From positions 130,138,001 through 130,202,000 of the forward strand of contig OZ024742.1 of the NCBI GenBank assembly GCA_964016885.1: a DNA stretch of 64,000 nucleotides. The letters run 5' to 3'. This document shows positions 24,901 through 35,467 of the stretch, piece after piece (position 1 is the first letter of the stretch; every line of letters begins with the position of its first letter). The translations under genes were made by a program, and so were the position numbers. This DNA comes from Eledone cirrhosa. Taxonomy: Eukaryota. The notes under the pieces were generated by a model. That model ran no database searches, was not told where the DNA came from, and worked only from the letters and a program-made list of their open reading frames with translations.

Positions 24901-26884
24901 CCCATCTATCGGTGGACCAGAAAGTCGAGATATCCTTCTTTTAATAGAACAGCCAACATCTCTCAATCTGAGAAGAGGGGTCAGTTCTGAAAGCATTTTG
25001 AGAAAGACAGTTCATAAAGGTCTTGTGGAGAATCTAGATAAAATTAAGAATGAGCTTTTTAGAGAAGCACTCATTGCAGACACAGCAGATGGGTCTTTTG
25101 TAACTAACTTTCTATCATCCATAAAACCGATTTTCCCAAAGTTTTTATCCGAGATGTTTAATGCTACTTTTCCGGGATTAATGACGTCTTTTGTTAAAAT
25201 GTATGAGAATTCTCGATCAATTAGACAACATTTCTCGTCTAAAGTGAGCAAAGAACTAGCTAGAAAATTCACCGATGCAGAGGGGGCCAGCCCCTTGAAT
25301 CTCAATAAATTTATAACACCCGGGAGCATATGGAACTGCTCCTCAATCTACGTACAAAGATTGAGAGAAAGATCATGGGGAGAAATTGTCGGAACAACAG
25401 TACCATTTCCAGGAGAAATGTTCAATGCACCTTCTGAGGCTACCAAAGATCATAAAGACTGCAACGAGCATGTCCCTGACACATTTATAACTGTGGTGAC
25501 CCCTCAAGGACTCGACACAGAATATGAAAAAGCAGGTAACAAGGCCGCCTATTTAGGATCCAAAACCACCGAGTGCACTGGAATTTATCAACCATGGGAA
25601 AAGACAACAGAAGTTTCTTTCCTCCAACGAGCTTCCAAGTTACGAGACACTATCAACTGGTTTGTTCACAAAGATTCTATGTTAGCCAAAGCGATTTTTG
25701 AGATCTTGAAATCCCTAACAGGAGGAAACTGGACTGAAAGCTTCCCATGTTTTGAGCTCAAACCCTTCTTTTCAGATGGCTCTGAATCATCCGAACTATA
25801 TCAGGTTGATAAGAACTCAACCTCACAGGGTACCTCCATCTTACCCTCCTACAGATCTTGAACAGGCTAAAATATTATTCGCTTACATGATGAAATCATG
25901 GATATCAGGAAAAAGCAAGGCCCATAAACTGTCGAACAAAGATCTGTGGGTATTTTCAGACTTTGACACCATTGAAGTTGTAAGTAATTTTTTGATCTTA
26001 AAGCAAATGTATGATTTACTGATAACTCAAAAGACAGGACCCTCTATTAAAAAGAAAATCAGAGAATTAAAACAATTGCATATAAGCATAGACAATCGAA
26101 AGCAAAGCACAGAATTGAATTCTTTTAAGAAAGCTATGTTTTCTTTGACCAGACTAAAACATAATTCTTATATCAAAAGAGTGGACAAAGAGATCAGATT
26201 TTCGGCTAAACAAATGCCTGTTCTTCCACCCCTGAATCCAGTATCCCTCAACAAGTGGGGTGAGGAAATAACATTCCCTATAGAGTCCAGTGATTTCATT
26301 TTCCACTCAGTCCTATGACATCGAGTAAAGGATTCACCAGTGCTGTAGAAAAGTATATAACCCCTCCGTATCTGGAACCAGATTGGCCCAATTAGCAACA
26401 GGATCTCATTATAAATTAAGATCAATTATGGTCAGTAAAAGCATCACATTCTCTGGAGCGATATTCGCCGCTGATGGTTCTGGAGGGGGGTGCGCTGCAG
26501 GCCTCAGACATCAGTCGGAGGCTTCTGTTGTTTTCAATAGCTTTCTCGATTTATCTAATACAACCCTTAAGGGTAGCAAGCTGCCACCTCCCATGGCGAT
26601 AGTGGACATGAGCACTCTATACTCTGATAAGAGCTTCAGCATGACCAGATCAGAGATCATAAACTACATGAAAAAACATCCCCACAGACCGATACCAACC
26701 AAGAAAGTGCTGGCGGAAGCTCTTTCCAAGCCGCAGCTCCATGTTAAGGATTTTCTTGAAAAGATAGAAACCGAAGGTATAGATGAAGATCATTTAATTA
26801 TAGGTCTAAAACATCTAAAGCCAGTGAATTAACCTTTATAGTACTAGAGGCTCAATTTAAAATAAAAAAGAAATGGTTCATAGA
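21976..26884 (+). pseudogene. L: Endogenous rhabdovirus-like (Mononegavirales) L protein gene: RdRp, partial PRNTase, connector and partial MTase; disrupted
   Basis: Collinear motifs matching VSV-like L as I recall it: ADYNLNSPL, FRHWAHP, IIGLKPKERELKIEGRYFALMSW, DYEKWNNNQR (motif A), GGLEGIRQKGWT (B), GDNQ (C), GTTVP, AYLGSKT (GxxT), PHRVPPSYP, QLATGSHYKLRSI and ADGSGG. In-frame stops at 23131, 24893 and 26316, frameshifts near 24378 and 26320-26350, and a deletion near 25756. Confidence 0.95.
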
Positions 26885-27094
26885 GGAACCAGAAGTTGTA
26901 AATTGGTGCAAGAAAAATTCCTGTAATATATAACAATGAAGCCAAAGCCTTACAAGGTACTCTTTACAAGTTGTTGAAACCGGTTTCAAAACGAACAATA
27001 TAGAGGTGAAATAGGTTAATGCATGCAAGCATTACACAAAAAATATACAACAAATGCAATAATTATACACATGCAGCAATAAATGCAAAAAGCA

Positions 27095-27350
27095 TTAAAA
27101 ATACGATAGGCATTGAAAATGCCATAGGCAGTAAGGTTACAAAATGCAATGAAAAATTATAATATGCCTTAAAAATACGATAGGCATTGAAAATGCCATA
27201 GGCAGTAAGGTTACAAAATGCAATGAAAAATTATAATATGCCTTAAAAATACGATAGGCATTGAAAATGCCATAGGCAGTAAGGTTACAAAATTCAATGA
27301 AAAATTATAATATGCCTTAAAAATACCAAAGGCAGTCAGGGTACAAAATG
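27095..27350. repeat. 74-bp tandem repeat, ~3.4 copies, between Gypsy pol and the viral insert
   Basis: TTAAAAATACGATAGGCATTGAAAATGCCATAGG... starts at 27095, 27169 and 27243, with a partial copy at 27317. Confidence 0.9.
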
Positions 27351-27408
27351 CAACAACAAATTCAATATACAGTAAAAATAGCTGCAAGAAAAAAGAATAC
27401 AATTCAGT

Positions 27409-30010
27409 TTATATTACTGCATAGCATACGGGGCCAATGCACCCTTCGCCCAGAACGGGTCGTAGTTCTGTGTGTTGATGTGGGAGGGGGAGAAGAAATA
27501 GGCGTATGTGGCAAAGAAAAGAAGGGGGCATTTGAGTTTCAAGTGTCATTGTGTCATTGTCCAGGTTTGCTAGTTTGAGACGATCAACGGAAACCGTTTC
27601 CCTGGAACCCCGAATGTCCAGTGTGAAATGTTTGTCTGTGTGAGCAAGCACACGATAGGGTCCAGAGTACGGCCGTTGAAGAGGGTGTCTCACGGCGTCG
27701 TCTCTAACGAACACATGTGTCCACAAGGCAATATCACTTGGGACGGCAGTTTTTACAGTTTGCTTCCTAGTGCCCATCGGTGGTAGCTCTTTGAAGTAAG
27801 AGTGGAGCCGGGACACGTAGGAAGCGGGGTCCTGCGAAGTGAGGTCAAAAGGGGCCAGCATTTGCCCCGGTAACGTCAGAGGAGTACCATAAACTAATTC
27901 GGCAGAGGAGAACCCAAGGTCCACCTTTACCGTCGACCGGATGCCTAGCAACACCACAGGCAGGTACTCGCTCCAACGTGATGAGTCCATGGAAGCCCTT
28001 GAGGAGGCTTTGAGCTGTCTGTGGAATCTTTCCACCATTCCGTTCGAGGCTGGGTGGTAAGCCGTGGTTCTTATTCGAGTAGCCCCCATGATTTGGGCTA
28101 ATTCTCGGAAGAGTTTAGACTCGAATTGACGACCACGATCCGTTGTGATGGTGGTTGGTACACCGAAGCGCGCGATCCATGAAGATACTAGAGTACGAGC
28201 TGTGGTTTCAGCGGTGATATCTGTTATAGGAACGGCTTCAAGCCAACGCGAAAAACGATCGACGATCGTCAAAAGACACGAAAAACCACGACTAACCGGC
28301 CACGGGCCGACGATGTCCACGTGAATGTGTTGAAATCTTGCATCCGGGCAGGTGAAGGTTCCGAGAGGAGCCTTAACATGTTTATGAATTTTCGCTTGTT
28401 GGCAAGCGACACAGGACCGACACGAAGCAGTAATGTCACGTCTCACATCCGGCCAGAAAAATCTGGCTGTTATGAGTTTTACTGAGGCTGATACTCCTGG
28501 GTGAGAAATACCATGTAAAGCGAGAAAAACAGTTCGTCGGTGTTCCACTGGGACTAGGGGCCGTGGTGAGTCCAATGAAACATCACGCAGTATTTGTCCA
28601 TCTGCCGTTGAGATCGGAATGTACTTCAATGTACAATTTTTAAACTCCGGCGATGCAACATCCAACAATTCGAGAGTGGGTTGAGCAGCCGCCATTCGAT
28701 GTAAATCTATCTCCTCGGAAGACGAAATCGATGCTATCGGGAGGCGAGACAGCGCGTCGGCCGCTGTATTCGAAGAACCCGGAATATGTTGGATGTTGCT
28801 CGTGAACTGTGATATGTAGTCCAGGTGTCGCGTCTCTCTGGGCGAGTATTTGTCTGCTTTAGTTCGAAGAGCAAACGTCAAGGGTTTATGATCAGTGAAA
28901 ATGGTGAACGTTCTACCTTCAAGTACATGAGCAAAGTGTTTCACTGATAAATAGATTGCTAATAGCTCCCTTCCGAAGGTGCTATAGCGGGTTTCGGCAG
29001 GCTTTAACTTTCTCGAAAAGAACTCGAGTGGTTGCAGTAACCCATCACACTTCTGTTGTAAAATTGCGCCTACCGCGCAATCGGAAGCCTCAACACAGAG
29101 CGACAGCCCGGCGTTGGGCTTGGGGTGGGCGAGTAAAGAAGCAGTCGCCAATGCTTTTTTTACTTTCTCAAAATCCGCCAGTTGCATTGGACTTAATGAA
29201 ATGTTCATATTCTTCCGTCGGCATTTTTTAAAAATTTCTGTCAACGAGGACAGTAAGCTGGAACAATTAGGCACGAATCGCCTATAAAAATTCACAAGGC
29301 CTAAGAATTGCCGTAATTGTCGAAGCGAACCTGGTGGAGGCAAATCCGAAATTGCCATAACTTTCTCCGGAAGTGGCCGAATACCATCTGCATCAATAAG
29401 ATGGCCCAAAAATGTTAGTGATGTTGAGCCGAAAATGCACTTAGAAGCATTAATACGAACACTGTATTTCTGTAAACGGCGAAATAGGGTATCCAGATGT
29501 TTGGAATGTTCGGGAGAAGAACTAGCAATCAGTACATCATCGATATAAGTGTAGACAAAATCGAGACCACGAGTGACATCATCCATGAATCGTTGGAAGG
29601 TACTTGCAGCATTTCTAAGTCCGAAAGGCATAGTGAGGAACTCGAATGCTCCGAAAGGAGTGGCAATAGCAGTCTTAGGAATATCGTCCTTGTTAACCGG
29701 GATTTGATTATAAGCGCGGACCAAATCAAGCTTCGAAAAGATCTCGCACCCCTGCAATGACGATGCGAAATCCTGCAAATGCGGGATTGGGTAACGGTCG
29801 GGCACAGTAATTGCGTTTAGACGCCGGTAATCGCCCGTCGGTCTCCAATCACCCGAATGTTTGCGTACCATATGCAGAGGGGACGCCCAAGGGCTTGTGG
29901 AACGCCGGATTATTCCCAAGTCCAGCATGTGGTCGAACTCGGACCGTGCAGCCCTTAACTTCTCAGTAGATAATCGTCGAGGACGTGAAACAACGGGTGG
30001 TCCTGTAGTC
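27409..30010 (-). CDS. pol: Ty3/Gypsy pol (RT, RNase H, integrase); open frame interrupted upstream by the hAT insertion
   Basis: [39 protein letters not shown], RNase H RELLAIY/TDHKPL, HHCC zinc finger (H..SHPG...CVACQ), integrase [16 protein letters not shown], and terminal [11 protein letters not shown] in an adjacent frame. Confidence 0.95.
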
Positions 30011-33000
30011 CAGTGGTCGCCAACCTTTCTAAAACCGAGGAACCCTCTAAATATTTTGAATTCTTCACGAAACCTATACAATACAAAACTTTTCAAAAAA
30101 AAATAATAAAGTATTTATTTATTTTAGTGTTTCATGCGTGTGTATGTAATCGAACACAATGAACTAGTGGCTTTTCTGCTGTTGCCCCTCATCAGTGAGT
30201 TTAGAAAATCGAGGGTCAACACTAGTTAATGCCAGTCTCATACACTCGTCAATTGCTGACAGTTTATTCATCTTCTTTGTGCTGATTTCTACCAACTGCG
30301 AAAACCCTTTTTCGCACAAGTAGCTAGATGGGAATAAAGTCAAATATTTCAATGCAAGTTGGCTGATTTCATTAAACTACCCAATCAAGAATAAGTCGAT
30401 CCATAGTTCTTTCTTTCTGCTTTCGAATATCACTTTCAGGTCTTCGTTTGAATTCAAATCCATCAACTGATGTAAGCATTGTGCAGGTAGTAAATTTTTA
30501 CAATTTCCAGCGTCATTTTCTGACATTAACTGCTCGATTTCGGTGAACGGGTTTTTATCCATAAATTTCCGCTAACAATATTTTTTTCCATCAAGTCAAA
30601 ATAATCTGAAAAACTCGTGGAAAGCACATTTAAATGAGAAAGAATAATCTTCTTTAGATTGTTGGAGTCAAAATCTTCTCTCTTTTTAAGCTCTATTTCA
30701 AGGTTTGAAAGTAATGAGTAATTGTCCGATTCAATTCTTTGTATAAAGATGTTTAATTTTGATTGAAAATATGTAATAAAATTGATTGAAGTAAAAAATC
30801 TGCATTGTTACCCTGAAACACTTATTTAGTTTGTTCAGTTCACCAAAAATGTCTACTAAATAGGTTTCTAATACACTTGCTCTTTCATCATTCTGTTTTT
30901 TTTTAGAAAAACTATTATTTCTTCTCTCAGTTCAAAATCTCTCTTCATAGCATCCCCAAAAGACAGCCAACACACATCATTGTTCAATAACAATCTATTA
31001 TAATTACTTCCAGAAGATTCACAAATAGATTCAAACATTCTAGAATTTTTTGCTCTTGCATGGATCAAATTGATAATTTTGACAATCTTTCAGCTGGTCA
31101 TTTAATATTTGAGCATCTCAGTCTTTGAATTTTTTTGAACACAAAACCTCTCGATGAATCATACAATGATTTGAAATACAATTTGGGGTCTGTTCTTTAA
31201 TTTTTGCATTCAAACCAGAATTTTTACCAGTCATTGCAGCTGCTCCATCTGTTGTTATTGAAGCCAACTTGCTCCAAGATACACCATTTTTTAAAAAATA
31301 CTCTTCAATTTTATTGAATATATCTTGACCTTTAGTTGTGATGTCTAATGCCAGACAAAACAAATACTCTTCTACTAATTCTTTTTTATCAAGGTCTACA
31401 AACCGTACATAGCAAATTAATTGATCCTTGTTATTAATATCCGTAGTTTCGTCCACTTGCAGACCAAAACATGTGCTTTTCTTTAGTGCGCAGTTAGTAT
31501 CTTATTTTCTATATCAGAAGAAATATCAATTATCCTTCTTTTTACGGTATTTGCTGACAATGGTAACTGGCTTAATTTTTCTTTGTCCTTAATACTGCAG
31601 CTTTCAAAAAGATTCTCTGTAGCAATTTTTATACTTGGCAGAATTAACTGTTCTCCTAATGTAAATGGTTTCTTGTTTTTACCAACCAAATGTGAAATTT
31701 CAAAAGATGTTCTTGTTAAAGCTTTATTTCTATCTGACTTTTTACAAAACAAGTCATACATATTAGCTTGTGATTTTTTGATGTTGTTTGATGTAAAGTA
31801 TTCCAGTGACTTGTTTTTATCATTGGTGTGATTAGTATCAAGGTGTCTTTTAAGTTTTGCAGGATTTAAACAGCTATTTGATAGAACTTTTGAACATAGC
31901 AAATACATGGGCTGATCTGGTGTATCTTTTTTAGTGTCAGCTTTTTGAAATCCATATCTAACATAATCATCACACCACTGTCTAACCTTACTGCTGGTAT
32001 CTAACTTCAGCTTCTTTGCAGTAGACATCATATCAATGTTATTTATCTACAGTTAACATTTTTAATATGACATTAATAAACAAGAGAAATTAAGTTTTTT
32101 TTTATTACAAAAAGTACTTAAATTAACTTTAATTTTAGATATTTGGAAAAACTTAACTAGTTAAAAAAAAATTTTAATTTTAAAAAATTGAAATTTCTCC
32201 ATTTTAGGATGGCAAACATATTATTTAAAGTCTTATAATAATATTAAAATATTAGGGGTTACTGAAAAAGGTGCAAATTTATAAACAACTAGAAGAAATT
32301 TTTTTCAGAGTCCAGCACTTCCTGCATATACTACTTTAGGGTCGTATTAAATATTATTGGTAATATAAATATATTTAAATATCCGCCATACTAAAAGGTG
32401 CAAAAAATGAAAATCAGCTGTTAGTGTAGAAAATGTGACGATGGTATTGGAAATTAATTCAGATATCTTCTATCTATTTTGACTCAAAGTTAGATATAAT
32501 ATAAGAAGGCTTTAGGCTGCGTTAAACATATTAGATTGGAACAAATAAAGTTTAGTCAAATGTTTGTGAACATATATATTTATTATATAAAGTAATTTCT
32601 CAATTGTGAATGCAGATGTCATCAAATGAATACATAATTGTGTGGCAAAGTTTATAGTGTATGCATGGAATACAAAATTACCTTTGTTAGTAGTCGAAAC
32701 TTTACAGGCGTTATATTTTCTGTGCAAAGTACAACAGAATGTAACGTATTCTTATTTAGAATTGTCTGTGGAACTGGATGCATGTTGAAAACGACTAGTA
32801 AGCGAGTTCACTCTGAGGAAACTTTAGGCGACTTTAAAGCTTTTGTGAGGACAGCAGATTAAAACGTGTTCTCTATTGAAAACATTCTACTGAACTTACG
32901 TTGTGAGAACAGCGAACTGATCCTGTCTCTCGGCTGAAAGACCTCGCTGAACTGAAGTTTTCAGTTTAAAGTTATGCTGTCATCGACCAACATTTACTTG

Positions 33001-33335
33001 TTCGTGATTGGTCAATTTCTAAGTTCAATTAGTAGTAGTCAAATTCTCGGAATTCAGAAAACTATGTCTTTCCAAGAATTGATGTGAAATTGAAAGTATT
33101 CAATTTCCACGAATCTCAGAACAGTGTTTTTCTGCTAATTCAAGTGAGAAACTGAAAGTAGTGTTTTCCACGAATTGGAGTGGAGAACCTGTGTACAATA
33201 GTACTCGTTCATTTATACATTTGGCATTTTCTTTGCACCTTTTTCAGAAAACCCAAAATATTAATGGTAATGTAAATATTTATTTTTTTAAGGAACCCGG
33301 AGTTTGTTTTACGGAACCCATGTTGGCGACCACTG
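30011..33335 (-). mobile_element. hAT (Buster/Charlie-type) DNA transposon with both termini, nested in Gypsy pol
   Basis: 14-bp perfect TIRs CAGTGGTCGCCAAC (30011-30024 / 33322-33335) and an 8-bp TSD CTGTAGTC (30003-30010 / 33336-33343) with central TA. Confidence 0.97.
30164..32031 (-). pseudogene. hAT/Buster transposase (ZBED5/SCAND3-like), frameshifted
   Basis: YVRYGF...CSKVLSNSCLNPAKLKRHL, KKPFTLGEQLILP, LSANTVKRRI, DETTD, TTDGAAAMTG, HCMIHRE and FPSSYLCEKGFS, spread across broken ORFs. Confidence 0.92.
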
Positions 33336-34800
33336 CTGTAGTCGATATGAAGTGTTCAATCGCATGTTCCGGGCTAGTAATTCGTAACTTTCCCTGCGTC
33401 AACTGAGGGAATGAATGTAACAGGCTTTGATACTGGTTGCCCACTTCAGCCAAGAAAAAGGAAGGGCTGACAGTGGCGACCTCCGGCTCTGAACCCTCGA
33501 AAAAAAGGCCTGTTTCAGCATCAAAAAGGCGTTGTCTGCGGATGTCCACCGACAAGGAAAAATGGTGTAGAAAATCCGCTCCCAAAATGGCGTATGGCAA
33601 GTCGGCGATAGTAAACGTCCACTTCAATTCACGACGCAAATTTTTTAACCGAAGAGGAAGCAAAACTTGCCCGTACGTTCGAATGGCCGTGTGGTTGACT
33701 GCTCGTTAATTTATATTTGATTCAGATGGGTTTTTTTTTTTAAATAACTGACTGGCCAAATACTCAGCGACGCGCCAGTATCGACAAGGAAACATTTTTT
33801 CGACCGCAGGTCGTATACGAAAAGATGGCGGTTCGGTCGATTTTCCCAGAGTTCACTAACCGCCCCTAGTGGCTCTGCTTTGCATTTTCCGATCTCTTGT
33901 AATTACAGGGCGTGCGACAACGTTGTGCCCTACTGCCGAAGTTAGCATGATACCAACAAAACGAAGAATTATTGTTGTCTGCGTTGTAGTGCTAGCGATG
34001 AATATAAGACGGCGGCGAACGGTACTCGTAGCGGTTTCAAGGAATAGCAGACGGAGGCGAACGGTACTCGTAGCGGTTTCAAGGAATAGCAGACGGAGGC
34101 GAACGGTACCTCAAACGTTGAGAAGCCTCTCTGTGTTGTACGGTCAAATCCTCTCCACTTTTTGGGTGAGCGCTTCGATCATCTCCAACAGTTTGCTGTC
34201 GGCCACAGAAGAAGAAGCCACACAAGGATTATGCCGACTGCTGTTAGAGTCCACCTCTAGTATTCTATCCGCGGATGCGGCAAGTTGATCTAACGATTCC
34301 CTCTCCAAATTATTGACCAAGACCATCTGCGCACTTGGCGGTAAACGAGAGAAAAATAGTTGTTTGAGGAATGGGGTGTCCATCCCCTGGGAGTCGCTCA
34401 ATTCCCGCAGATGTCGCAAATAGGAGCTTGGCGTCCTGTCACCCATTTGCGCATCATCTAACAATTCCCGAAAACGACTTTCCGCTGACTTGGTATTCCT
34501 CCGAATAATTTCCCCTTTCAACGAGCCATTAGTCTGCGGCTAAATTGGTTACCACATCCTTCACGGAATATGCCAACGACACAGGCAAGCCACTAACTAG
34601 TACCTTCAGTTTATGCTGTTCTTTGGTTTTGGTTAAATCAAAATAGCATTCAAGCTGCAAAAACCATAACTTGATGTCGCCTGCGAAGGACGGCAAATGA
34701 TGAGATTCATGATTGCCGAAGAATCTCCCAGGACGAACTATGTCTTTGAAGCAGCCACTCGACCAAAAGTCCACACTGGAACTCCGAAATCCGTTCACGC
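33336..34800 (-). pseudogene. gag: Ty3/Gypsy gag and protease (frameshifted)
   Basis: LPSFAGDIKLWFLQLECYF, MGDRTPSSYLRHL, Cys/His knuckle CWYHANFGSRAQRCRTPC (~33900-33958), protease FLVDTGASLS (~33762-33792) and ILGADFL. Rejoins pol as HFISTT|[11 protein letters not shown] once the hAT is removed. Confidence 0.9.
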
Positions 34801-35149
34801 GAATTCAATCGAAATCAGTAGAAGAGTCCAAGGAATAAAAAAAAAAAAAAATGCTTTTTGGTGAAGACGCCGTCACGTGGCACGATGCAGCCAATCAGAT
34901 TGCTTGGATTGAAGGAGATACACTGTGCGCGGGAAAACCGCACAAGGAAGAAGACACGCAGAATAGCGGGAAAATGTCGGCCATTTAAAAAATTATCATG
35001 AGGAAATGACGGTGAAAATTCAGGAAAGAAAAAAATGTTTACAGTGTGAACAGCGAACAGAGTTTAGAAATCATCTAATTTTTTTGGGGGGGAAAGGTTT
35101 GGATTTAAACCAAAGAGAAAAGAAAAAAAATTTTTTTCTTTTAGTGTCC

Positions 35150-35178
35150 GCGTATTGGAATCACGTCGTCGGTCACCA
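35150..35178 (-). promoter_or_regulatory. Primer-binding site, tRNA-Trp type
   Basis: Minus strand TGGTGACCGACGACGTGATTCC lies one base from the LTR end. The plus strand ATCACGTCGTCGGTCACCA resembles the animal tRNA-Trp 3' end ATCACGTCGGGGTCACCA. Confidence 0.8.
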
Positions 35179-35179
35179 A

Positions 35180-35467
35180 TAAAGGAAAATAATGTTTGTC
35201 GGTGAATGGACAATTCATCGTTTCTCTTTGTATGAATAAATGACTCCAGAAAGGGGGTGAACAATCAAAAATTAACGATCCTTTATTAAGAAAAAGCGTA
35301 ATATATTCTCCGGTGCAGGAATAAGCGAATCCTTTATCGTCTGTTCGTGTTCGCGGTTCGTGAGAAAGATCCTGGTGAGTGACCGGATGTATCTTGCCCC
35401 GCGCTCTCTGAAAAATCATTCAGGGGAGGCAACTGCTAGTTGCTAAGCGACCATCTCAGTCACTACA
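35180..35467 (-). repeat. LTR type A (5' LTR of the gag-pol element; no partner copy in the window)
   Basis: The minus strand begins TGTAGTGACTG and ends ...CCTTTA directly before the PBS. Confidence 0.7.

Noticed and set aside
22042-26832. Functional or domesticated viral RdRp gene
   Set aside because: It has in-frame stops, frameshifts, loss of the HR motif and no C-terminus. The RdRp core segment 23134-24378 is open but lacks a credible start or splice context.
26885-27408. env-like third ORF of the Gypsy element
   Set aside because: No substantial ORF is present. The captured viral gene is L, not a glycoprotein, and it is antisense.
30011-30096. N-terminus of the 895-aa ORF (MKSFVLYRF...) as the pol start
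   Set aside because: These codons lie inside the hAT terminus. The true pol continues at 33336.
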